A stretch of 63,106 nucleotides of DNA, filler included, from Candidatus Eiseniibacteriota bacterium (GTDB taxonomy: Bacteria; Orphanbacterota; Orphanbacteria; Orphanbacterales; Orphanbacteraceae): the NCBI GenBank assembly GCA_043809585.1. It is 9 parts of 8 records of this genome, joined end to end, with 100 filler letters (N's around TTAATTAATTAA, not from the genome) between each part and the next. Parts side by side here need not be neighbours in the genome. Positions count along the whole stretch, not along the records: positions 38,847 to 55,994 come from JBDROZ010000014.1; 8 more parts are not named here. One strand, given 5' to 3'. Each line of letters starts with the position of its first letter. The stretch's first letter is position 1. The translations under genes were made by a program, and so were the position numbers. This document shows, in pieces, positions 41,456 through 49,834 of the stretch. Under the pieces are notes generated by a model that saw only the letters and a program-made list of their open reading frames with translations, made no database searches and had not been told where the DNA came from.

Positions 41456-41720
41456 CCCTCCCGGTGGGGAAGGAGACCCTGCCCTCCCCCGCCCGTTCCC
41501 CGCGGGCCGCTCTCTGATTTCCTGCCCCCCGACAGAAATTTTCGAATTTAACCATTGCCTCTGGTTAACGGACTGAGGTATATTCCCCCTTGAGCCCCGA
41601 GGAAGGGCCGGATCGACGATCCCCCCTCCACAAGTGGGATGGGATGACGCCGGGACCGATCCCGAGGGCGCCCTCTCCTCTCGCACCCGAACCCAAAGGA
41701 TTCGAACGGAGGTCTTGCCA

Positions 41721-42509
41721 GTGAGAAAGTCGCTACTTACGACGATCTGTGTTCTGCTGCTCCTCGCCCCCGCCGGAGGCGCGTTCGCCGAGATGACCAA
41801 CACCGGCGTCGACCGGACCCACGTGTCCGGCGGCAACGTCCTGACCGACCCGCTCCTCCCGGTCGTGGGCCGCATCCTGTACGCCCCCTCCGAGGCGGAT
41901 GATCCGGCCCTTCGTGCCGCCATCTCCGTCGCCGCGGGCGGAGCGGTCGTCGACTACTTCGATGCCACCGCCGGTGTCCCGACCGTCAGTCTCCTGAGTA
42001 CATATGACTGTGTGTACACCTGGGCCAACTTCGGCTACCTCGACAACGTCGCGTTCGGCGACAACCTGGCCGCCTACGTGGACGGCGGCGGTTCGGTCGT
42101 TCTGGGCGCCTTCTGCACCTTCACGCTCGGCAACTTTCTCTCCGGGGCGATCATGGGCGCGGGCTACTCTCCCGTCTACTCCCCGTCGGGATCGAACTGG
42201 TTCTCCAGCGCCGCCTACAGCGGCGACGGGACCACCTGCATCCACAACGACGTCGGCACCTACGAGTGCTTTTACCGTGACGATCTCGCCCTCCAGGGCA
42301 CCGGCGCGGTGGACGGCACCTACACGGACGGCGTGATCGCCCATGCGTACCGCTCCGACTACAAGGTGATCTACAGCAACGGCTCGGGCGCGGTCCAGCT
42401 CGGCTGCTCCGGCGATTGGGCTCTGCTCGTCGCGAACGCCTGCGCGTGCGAGGGCGCGACCTCGACCAGTTCTTCGAGCTGGGGCACCGTGAAGACCATG
42501 TTCCGGTAG
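41721..42509 (+). CDS. Secreted hypothetical protein ending SWGTVKTMFR
   Basis: GTG start after GGAGG; signal peptide; LAAYVDGGGSVV (class I GATase-like fold hint); Ser/Thr linker before the terminal motif. Confidence 0.8.
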   Translation: MRKSLLTTICVLLLLAPAGGAFAEMTNTGVDRTHVSGGNVLTDPLLPVVGRILYAPSEADDPALRAAISVAAGGAVVDYFDATAGVPTVSLLSTYDCVYTWANFGYLDNVAFGDNLAAYVDGGGSVVLGAFCTFTLGNFLSGAIMGAGYSPVYSPSGSNWFSSAAYSGDGTTCIHNDVGTYECFYRDDLALQGTGAVDGTYTDGVIAHAYRSDYKVIYSNGSGAVQLGCSGDWALLVANACACEGATSTSSSSWGTVKTMFR

Positions 42510-42549
42510 ATTCGAAGGATCGGATCGAGAATCGAGTCCGACGATTCGA

Positions 42550-42583
42550 GGGCGGCTTCCCGACCGGGAGGCCGCCCCTTTCT
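42550..42583 (+). terminator. Intrinsic terminator
   Basis: GGGCGGCTTCCC-gacc-GGGAGGCCGCCC followed by CTTTCT. Confidence 0.65.
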
Positions 42584-42697
42584 CGTTCCCGGCCCGGGCC
42601 ACGACGCGTCCCTCCCGGGAGACCGGGAATCCCCCGATCCCCTTTCCTCCATGACAGGCGCCTCGCCCCTCCGCTATGATCCGGCCGGGAGGGGTCC

Positions 42698-43927
42698 ATG
42701 CTGAATAAGATCTGGGCCGGGTTCTTCCTCGTCGGCTTCGTGGCGGCCTGCGTGCAGGCGCTCTTCCTCGGAAGCCCGGGGATCTTCGGCGACGTCGTGG
42801 GCGCCACGTTCGACATGGCGAAGACCGGTTTCGAGATCGCCCTCGGCCTCACGGGGATCATGTGCCTCTGGCTCGGCATCCTCCGCCTCGGCGAGGCGGG
42901 GGGAGCGGTCGCGTGGATCGGCCGCCTCTTCCGTCCCCTTTTTCGCCGCCTCTTCCCCTCCATCCCCGCGGGCCATCCGGCGGAGGGATCGATCGTGATG
43001 AACATGGCGGCGAACGTGCTCGGCCTCGACAACGCGGCCACCCCGATCGGCCTGAAGGCGATGGCGGAGATGCACGGGCTGAATCCGGACAAAGAATCGG
43101 CGAGCGATGATCAGATCCTCTTCCTCGTGATCAACACGTCGTCGGTTACGCTCCTTCCGGTCACGATCTTCACCTACCGGGCACAGATGGGGGCCGCGGA
43201 CCCGACGGATGTCTTTCTCCCGATCCTGATCGCGACCTACTGCAGCACCCTGGTGGGGCTTCTGGTGACCTCCTTGGTGCAGCGCCGCAGCCTCCGGGAC
43301 CCGGTGATCCTCGCCTATCTCGGCGGGATGACCCTCTTCGTGGCCGCCCTGGTCGGCTACTTCGCCCGTCTCGACCAGGCGACCATGGAATCCCGCTCCT
43401 CCCTCATCGCCAATTTCGTGATCCTCTCGGTGGTCGTGGCCTTCTTGGGGGCCGCCCTCCGGCGCCGGGCCCCGGTCTACGAGGTCTTCGTCGACGGCGC
43501 CAAGGAAGGTTTCCGGGTCGCCGTCGGGATCATCCCGTACCTCGTGGCCATGCTCGTCGCCATCGGCGTCTTCCGGGCGAGCGGCGCCCTGGACCTGCTT
43601 CTGGGCGGGGTTCGCGCCGGGGCGGACGGCCTCGGTCTCGACACCCGCTTCGTCGACGGCCTCCCGACGGCGTTCATGAAGCCCCTCTCGGGAAGCGGCG
43701 CCCGGGGGATGCTGATCGAGACCATGAAGATCCACGGCGCCGACTCCTTCGCGGGGCGCCTCGCGAGCGTCGTCCAGGGGAGCACGGAGACCACCTTCTA
43801 CGTGCTCGCCGTCTACTTCGGCTCCGTCGGGATCAAGCGGACCCGGCACGCCGTCGGGTGCGGGCTCGCCGCCGATCTCGCCGGCGTCGTGGCCGCCATC
43901 CTGGCGAGCTACTTCTTCTTCGGATAG
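42698..43927 (+). CDS. SpmA/SpmB fusion, nucleoside-recognition (Gate) membrane protein
   Basis: MNMAANVLGLDNAATPIGLKAM, FLVINTSS, KPLSGSGARG, QGSTETTFYVLAVYFG. Confidence 0.92.
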   Translation: MLNKIWAGFFLVGFVAACVQALFLGSPGIFGDVVGATFDMAKTGFEIALGLTGIMCLWLGILRLGEAGGAVAWIGRLFRPLFRRLFPSIPAGHPAEGSIVMNMAANVLGLDNAATPIGLKAMAEMHGLNPDKESASDDQILFLVINTSSVTLLPVTIFTYRAQMGAADPTDVFLPILIATYCSTLVGLLVTSLVQRRSLRDPVILAYLGGMTLFVAALVGYFARLDQATMESRSSLIANFVILSVVVAFLGAALRRRAPVYEVFVDGAKEGFRVAVGIIPYLVAMLVAIGVFRASGALDLLLGGVRAGADGLGLDTRFVDGLPTAFMKPLSGSGARGMLIETMKIHGADSFAGRLASVVQGSTETTFYVLAVYFGSVGIKRTRHAVGCGLAADLAGVVAAILASYFFFG

Positions 43928-43935
43928 GAGAGGGA

Positions 43936-45129
43936 ATGGGGGCGCGCCGTCTTCTCGAGAACCTCCTCTTCTTCTTCCTTCTGATGTTCTTTCTCGCCGC
44001 GCCGGCGTCGGTGGCCTACTCGGAGATCGCCCTCGGGGTCGCGGCCCTCCTCTTCGCCGCCCGGCGTCTCGTCCGGCGCCCGGAGCCGCTCTTTCCGAGA
44101 CCGGTCCCGTCGTGGAGGACCCTCGCCCTCCCCGCCGCCGGCTGGGTCGTCGCCTACGGGATCGCCGCCCTCTTCGCCCGGGAGAAAGGGGCAAGCGCGG
44201 CCAAGCTTCTGAAGCTGACCCCCATGATCCTCCTCTTCCTCCTCCCGGCCCTTCTCTGGAACGAGAAGCGGCTCCGCCACGCCGCCGCGGCCCTCCTCCT
44301 CGGCGGCGCGATCACGTCCGCCTACGGCATCGCGTATTGGCTGGACGACCCGTCGACCCGTCTGGGCGGATTCATCGGCTTCTACATGAGCACGGCCGGG
44401 ATTCTCATGATGATCTCCCTCGTCGGCTTCGCCCTTCTCTTCACGAGAGGATTGGGAGGCGCGCTCCGGTGGATCGCCGTCGCCGTCCTTCCGGTCATCC
44501 TCTTCGCCCTCTACCTCACCGACACCCGGGGGGCGTGGCTCGGGCTGGTCGCGGGCCTCGTCGTCCTCGTGGTCTCCGTCGACCGGAGGCTCGTCGCCGT
44601 ACCGGCGCTGCTCATAGGGCTCCTCCTTCTCGCGCCGGGGGACGCGCGCCGGACCGCCCTCTCCGCGTTCGATCCGGGCCATCCGAGAAACCGGGAGCGG
44701 ACGTTCATGTGGAAGGCGGGGTGGCGCATCTTTCTCGATCACAAGTGGACGGGGGTCGGTCCGGCGGGGATGGGCGAGGTTTATCTCGAGTACATGGACC
44801 GTGACGCGAAGGAGAAGGCGAAGCACCTCCACAGCGTGCCGGTTCACGTCCTCGCGAGCCTCGGCCTCTTCGGCTTCGCCGCGTGGGCGTGGCTCTTCGC
44901 CGCCCTTCCGGTCTGGATCGTCCGGCGGACCGGGCCGGTCCGCCGCCGGGGCTCTCCCGCGTCCCGGGGGCTCCTCGCGGCCGGTCTTGCCGTGTGGGCG
45001 GGGTTCGTCGTGAACGGTCTCGGAGAGTGGAACCTGGGCGACGTGGAGGTGATCACCCTCTTCTGGTCGGTCCTCGGCCTCGCGGCGGCCTCCGCCGCGG
45101 CGTCAAACGAAAGGGGACGGGCCGACTGA
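43936..45129 (+). CDS. O-antigen ligase (WaaL/Wzy_C) family membrane protein
   Basis: Multiple TM helices; LTDTRGAWLG, ERTFMWKAGW..TGVG, HLHS motif. Confidence 0.85.
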   Translation: MGARRLLENLLFFFLLMFFLAAPASVAYSEIALGVAALLFAARRLVRRPEPLFPRPVPSWRTLALPAAGWVVAYGIAALFAREKGASAAKLLKLTPMILLFLLPALLWNEKRLRHAAAALLLGGAITSAYGIAYWLDDPSTRLGGFIGFYMSTAGILMMISLVGFALLFTRGLGGALRWIAVAVLPVILFALYLTDTRGAWLGLVAGLVVLVVSVDRRLVAVPALLIGLLLLAPGDARRTALSAFDPGHPRNRERTFMWKAGWRIFLDHKWTGVGPAGMGEVYLEYMDRDAKEKAKHLHSVPVHVLASLGLFGFAAWAWLFAALPVWIVRRTGPVRRRGSPASRGLLAAGLAVWAGFVVNGLGEWNLGDVEVITLFWSVLGLAAASAAASNERGRAD

Positions 45130-45138
45130 CCCGTCCCC
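45110..45138 (-). terminator. Terminator between convergent genes
   Basis: GGGGACGGG/CCCGTCCCC stem with TTTC on the minus strand. Confidence 0.55.
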
Positions 45139-45162
45139 CGGACGATTCGTCCGATTCGAGAC

Positions 45163-45897
45163 CTACCGGAAGTTGCTCTTGATGGTTCCCCACGTGGTCG
45201 GCCGGGTCGACGTGGGCGGAACCCGATACTCGATCTCGCCGATCGCGCCGCTCATGTAGAGGTCGACTTCCATGCGCGTGATCGCTTCGTACTGGGAGAG
45301 GTCGATGGTCTGGGCCGAGTTGTCGCCGTAGGTCGCGGCGTAGACCGTGGCCACCAGGCTCTTGGCTGCGTCGTAGAGGCGGATTGCCGCCCCCTCGCCG
45401 TCGTCCATGTCGACGATCTTGATCCAGAAGATCGTGGTCGGCTCGATGAAGTCGAAGCCGATCACGCCGCCGCCCGCCTCGTCGTCCGGGTCGTCGACCA
45501 GGCCGTCTCCGCCGACGTCGATGATGTCCTCGGCGACGATCAGCAGGTTGCCGAGGGCTACGTCGTTCTGGCCGGGCATGCCCAATCCGCCGCCCGGTCC
45601 GACGCCCGGTCCGCCGAAGTCCTGGTTCGGCGTGCCGAGATCGTCATCCCCCCCCGTCGGGGCGGAGGAGTTGAACAAGATCGCCGACGATGGTCCGCCC
45701 CCGTTGTTCACCACGTCGAGGGTGAAGTCGGGAAAGAGGTTCCCGGGGGAAGTGCCGCCGCCGGGGAGAAGGCCGGCCACGACCGTACCCGCGGGAAGGC
45801 TGTTGAAGTCCTGGGTGACCGCCGGCGCAACCGTCGCCGCCGCCAGGATCGCGAGGGCCCCGGCCCACGGGCCGAGGGAGAGTCCGTGAATCTTCAT
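45163..45897 (-). CDS. Secreted hypothetical protein ending TWGTIKSNFR
   Basis: Start MKIHG after GAGGAG; signal peptide; Asp/Gly-rich beta domain; Pro/Thr linker before the terminal motif. Confidence 0.8.
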   Translation of the reverse strand: MKIHGLSLGPWAGALAILAAATVAPAVTQDFNSLPAGTVVAGLLPGGGTSPGNLFPDFTLDVVNNGGGPSSAILFNSSAPTGGDDDLGTPNQDFGGPGVGPGGGLGMPGQNDVALGNLLIVAEDIIDVGGDGLVDDPDDEAGGGVIGFDFIEPTTIFWIKIVDMDDGEGAAIRLYDAAKSLVATVYAATYGDNSAQTIDLSQYEAITRMEVDLYMSGAIGEIEYRVPPTSTRPTTWGTIKSNFR

Positions 45898-46202
45898 CTT
45901 CGATCTCCTCTGGGTTGTGTGAGTCAACGTTCTTTGACACAATGAGTTATGGTGTTTCTCTTTTTGAGGACGAGCCGCCCGCGGCCACGAACGGATCTTC
46001 CCCTTGTCCCGTCGATCCTCTTATCGGCAGTCGAGTTTCGGGGCTTCAGCGGAAAAAAAGGGGGGGGCTTCGCTTCTTGATTCCGGATCGTGCTGGTGGT
46101 CTCGCGCCGGCGGGGATAGATTGAGAGGGACCATCGGAGGATCTACGTAATCGGGGGCCGTCCTTGCAGCCGGCCGAAACTCACGGGCGAGGAGAGGACG
46201 AC

Positions 46203-46541
46203 ATGAAAATCAAGGAGCGAAAAAACGGCGACGTGGTGGTGCTCGAGATCTCGGGAAGGATCGAAGGGGGGCCGGACGCGGAGATCTTCCGGGGAAAGAT
46301 CGGGGACCTGATCGTACGGGAGGCGAAGAAGGTGATCTTCGAGCTTTCCGAGGTCCCTTGGATGAACTCGACGGGCGTCGGGATCATCATCTCCGGTTTC
46401 ACGTCGATCCGGAAGTCGGGGGGGGAGGTGAAGCTCCTGAACGTGAAGGAGCGGGTGAAGAGCATCTTCATGATCACCCGTCTCCTCACGGTGCTCGAGA
46501 GTTATTACGAGGAAGAGGAGGCCGTGAAGAGCTTCAAGTAG
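46203..46541 (+). CDS. STAS-domain anti-sigma factor antagonist
   Basis: DVVVLEISGRI..VPWMNSTGVG..GGEVKL. Confidence 0.9.
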   Translation: MKIKERKNGDVVVLEISGRIEGGPDAEIFRGKIGDLIVREAKKVIFELSEVPWMNSTGVGIIISGFTSIRKSGGEVKLLNVKERVKSIFMITRLLTVLESYYEEEEAVKSFK

Positions 46542-46644
46542 GGCGGGCTATTCCGGGTACGAATCGATCACGGTCCGGGTGATCCTGCCGTTCTCGACCT
46601 TCCATTTGCAGGATGGCCGCCCCCTCGCGATCCGCCCTCCCGTC

Positions 46645-47976
46645 CTACCCGTGGTCCTCGGCGAACCGGGCGAGCCTCTCCTCGAGCATGGGGATCATGT
46701 CGGGGGTGGTGAGGGAGGTGCACGCCCGGAGACCCTCGGTCCGGACGCTCCCGGCGGAGGCGAGGGTGATGGCGCTCACCCCGTAATGGAGAAGTTCCCT
46801 GATCAGTTCCCACCCTTCGGCGAACTTCGGGTGGCGGATCGTGAAGTAGAATCCGTCCGCGAGGGGCTCGCCGAGATCGTTGTCGTAGACGAGCTCGAAC
46901 CCGTGATCGAGGAAGGCCTTCTTCATGGCCGCCGCCCTCCGGCCGTACTCCCGGACGTCCTGGAGGAAAGGGACCTCGCCGTCGTTCACCGCCTTCAAGA
47001 GCGCCGCGAGACCGTGCTGGGGCCCCTCCGGAGTGCACGCCGTGTTCAGATAGATGCCCCCGTGAATGAACGCGTAGCCGACCCTGCGGGTGCCGTGATG
47101 GGCCAGGAGGTGCGGCGATTCCTCGCTTAGAAGGGCCGGCGAGACGTAGGTGATCGCCACCCTCTGTCCCGCGTAGCTGAACAGCTTCGAACTCGACATG
47201 ATGACGAACCACCGCTTGGCGTAGCGGGCCACCGTCGGCTGGTAGGGGGGCTCGCCGGGTTTGGAGTAGTCCTTCCGGAAGTCCATTCCGAAGTAGGCGA
47301 GGTCTTCGATGGCGATGACGCCGTGCCTGTCGAGCACTTCGCCGATGCCCGCGAGTTCCTCTTCGGAGAGGATGATCCAGGCCGGATTGTTCGGGGAGGA
47401 CCAGAGGACCGCGGCCACGTCCCCCTTCGCGAGACGCTCGTCCAGGGCCCGCACCAGCGTCTCCCCCCGGCAGTCGTACACGTCGATGCGGTCGTACGAG
47501 AGCCCGAGGAAACGGCACTGCTGCTTGTTCACGGGGAAGCCGGGCTCGAGGAAAAGCACGGTCCGGCGGGCGGGATCGACGTGGCCCGCCACGGCGAGGC
47601 TCATGAAGCACCCCTGCATGGCCCCCACGGTGGGGACTGAGCAGGCGGGAGTGAGATCGATGTTCATGAAGAGCTTCGCGAACCGGGCCGCCTCCGCCTT
47701 CAGCTCCGGAATGCCGTCGAAGGGGGCGTACCTGTTGGCGAGGCCTTTGTCCCTCAGGGCCTCGATCTCGGCGTTCACGGCGACCGGATTCGCCGGAAGG
47801 CCGGGTATGCCGAACTCCATCCGGATGAACCGGACGTCCAGTGCCTCTTCGATCTCGTTCACGATCCTGTTCATCTCCCGGATCGACGCCGTACTGAGAT
47901 CGATCCGCCCGTCCCGGACGATCCGGCCCACGACCTCTCGATCGAAGGGCACCATCACGCTCGTCGTGCCGCTCAT
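46645..47976 (-). CDS. PLP-dependent aminotransferase class I/II
   Basis: SPNNPAW, EDLAY, SSSKLFSYAGQR (PLP lysine). Confidence 0.9.
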   Translation of the reverse strand: MSGTTSVMVPFDREVVGRIVRDGRIDLSTASIREMNRIVNEIEEALDVRFIRMEFGIPGLPANPVAVNAEIEALRDKGLANRYAPFDGIPELKAEAARFAKLFMNIDLTPACSVPTVGAMQGCFMSLAVAGHVDPARRTVLFLEPGFPVNKQQCRFLGLSYDRIDVYDCRGETLVRALDERLAKGDVAAVLWSSPNNPAWIILSEEELAGIGEVLDRHGVIAIEDLAYFGMDFRKDYSKPGEPPYQPTVARYAKRWFVIMSSSKLFSYAGQRVAITYVSPALLSEESPHLLAHHGTRRVGYAFIHGGIYLNTACTPEGPQHGLAALLKAVNDGEVPFLQDVREYGRRAAAMKKAFLDHGFELVYDNDLGEPLADGFYFTIRHPKFAEGWELIRELLHYGVSAITLASAGSVRTEGLRACTSLTTPDMIPMLEERLARFAEDHG

Positions 47977-48031
47977 CTCGTCACCTCCCGAATGTCGTCC
48001 GGGGCTGAAGACCGATGGGAACCGCCGGGGG

Positions 48032-49834
48032 TCAGGTTAGTTCCAGTTCGAAGATCGCGACCGGGGCGTTGATCCCGAAATTCTCGAGCACCTCGGGGTG
48101 GACCTCGCCGGCGGCGCCGATCTCCCGCCCGCCGACCGAAAGAACGGCCCCCCGTCCCTCGAGAAAGAGCGCATCCGTCGACGGGCGGAACTCGAGGGAC
48201 CAACCGATCTCCCGGGCGAGGGCGACCACCACCGACTTGATGTCCGCGAACCCGGCCGCCTTGTCCTGAATCACCGCGGCGACCCGGAGCTTCTCCTCCG
48301 GCTCCTCGCGGTCTTCCACGATCCGGAGCACGTCGTCCGCCTCGAAGAGACGGTGGGCGAGGCCGGCCCCCCGGTTCCTCCCGAGCAGGCGGAGCAGGCC
48401 GGGCCCGAGGGCGGTGCGGAGGACGGTCTGGTCCGACGACGCCGGATTCTCGGCGCGCACCGCGTCTCCCGGATCGACGGCGCGCACGTTTTCGTAAAGG
48501 TCCTTCTCGCCGGTCAGCATGAGGCTCATGGCCTCCCGGAACCCGAGGCCGATCATGGCCGCCCGGGCCAGGGCCTGAAGCACGCGCTCCGGACGCTCCT
48601 TCCCAAGGGTGAAGCTCGGAATGAGGACCCGCGGGATCTCGTCGTACCCGATCGCCATCGCCACGTCCTCGATCAGGTCCACCTCGTGGAGGATGTCGTT
48701 CCGGAAGGCGGGGACCCTCACCCTCACCCGGTCGCCCTCCACGGCGCCCCCGTGGCGCATCGCCTCGAGACGCATCACCGCCTCGGCGGCGTTCACCGGC
48801 ACGCCGACGATCCGGGTCGCCTCGGCGGGGGAGAGGAGGAACTCGGCGGGCGTGAGATCGGGCGTCTCCGTACGGCCCTCGTCCCCCCGCGCGATCGCCA
48901 CCTTCTCGATCGCGGCGCCGGAGAAGAGTTCGGCGAAGGAGGTGACGAGCACGTTCAGCGCCTTCCGGACCGGCCGCTCCTCGATGCCGGTCACGTCGAT
49001 GAAGAGGTCCGTCGACTCGGGCCGGAGCGCCGTCTCCTGGCTGTTGATGATGGGAGGCATGGAGAGGACCCGACCCTTCCCGTCGTGGAGGAGCGGGTAC
49101 CTCGCCATACCGTCCAAGAGGTGCCTGTACCCCATCCCTTTCGGGTGCGTCTCCAGGATCGCCCGGGGGGTTCGGGCCTTTCCGTCGATCGACGCGAGGG
49201 GGACGAACTCGATCTCCTCCGGTCCCACAGGACGGTAGCGGAAGGGGCCTTCGAGGGTGCCCAGATCGTAGACACCGATGGAGGCGAATTTCCGGTCCCG
49301 GCCGAGGGCCCAGTGGAGGTCTTCCTGGAGTTTCATCACCGCCCGGATCGCGAAGTCGTCGAGCGCGACGCCCCGCACCACGGCGCATTCGATGTAGGGC
49401 CGGTACGAATCCGGGTTCCCCATCGCGGGGTCCACGCGCACTTCGTAAACCGCCTCTCGAAGCTCGTACCGGGGGAGGCCGGTCTCGATGCCGAGCAATC
49501 CCCGGAGCGCCCGGGCGAGGCCCCCCGCGTCGAAGAGGTCGGGCCGCACCGGAAGGAGGTCCATGCGGATCGCGTTTTCCGTGCCGAGATCCTCCCAAAA
49601 CCGGTCGATGTCTTCCCCCGCGCCCGTGAGGCACTCGGGACAGGCGCCGGGGAGTTCCCCCTTCTCGGTCCTTTCCACGATGGACCGGCAGGCGGAGCAA
49701 CGGATGCGGCGGACCGGGGCGAACCCCTCCACGTCGCACCCGAGACCTTCGAGAAGGTCCGAGAGCCTCTGGTCGTCCACGTCGAGACCGACGATTCGGC
49801 GGAGCGGCTCGGTGGGGATGGCGATCACAGGCAC
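48032..49834 (-). CDS. pheT: Phenylalanine-tRNA ligase beta subunit, archaeal/eukaryotic type (600 aa)
   Basis: GTG start MPVIAI overlapping the pheS stop; RPDL, LQEDLH..GRDRKFASIGVYDL, VLSMPPIINS, RNDILHEVDLIEDVAMAIGY, GEVHPEVL; no bacterial OB (B2) or anticodon (B8) domain. Confidence 0.93.
   Translation of the reverse strand: MPVIAIPTEPLRRIVGLDVDDQRLSDLLEGLGCDVEGFAPVRRIRCSACRSIVERTEKGELPGACPECLTGAGEDIDRFWEDLGTENAIRMDLLPVRPDLFDAGGLARALRGLLGIETGLPRYELREAVYEVRVDPAMGNPDSYRPYIECAVVRGVALDDFAIRAVMKLQEDLHWALGRDRKFASIGVYDLGTLEGPFRYRPVGPEEIEFVPLASIDGKARTPRAILETHPKGMGYRHLLDGMARYPLLHDGKGRVLSMPPIINSQETALRPESTDLFIDVTGIEERPVRKALNVLVTSFAELFSGAAIEKVAIARGDEGRTETPDLTPAEFLLSPAEATRIVGVPVNAAEAVMRLEAMRHGGAVEGDRVRVRVPAFRNDILHEVDLIEDVAMAIGYDEIPRVLIPSFTLGKERPERVLQALARAAMIGLGFREAMSLMLTGEKDLYENVRAVDPGDAVRAENPASSDQTVLRTALGPGLLRLLGRNRGAGLAHRLFEADDVLRIVEDREEPEEKLRVAAVIQDKAAGFADIKSVVVALAREIGWSLEFRPSTDALFLEGRGAVLSVGGREIGAAGEVHPEVLENFGINAPVAIFELELT

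Noticed and set aside
41585-41720. CCCGAACCC suggesting a c-di-AMP (ydaO) riboswitch
   Set aside because: The other conserved elements of that aptamer are absent.
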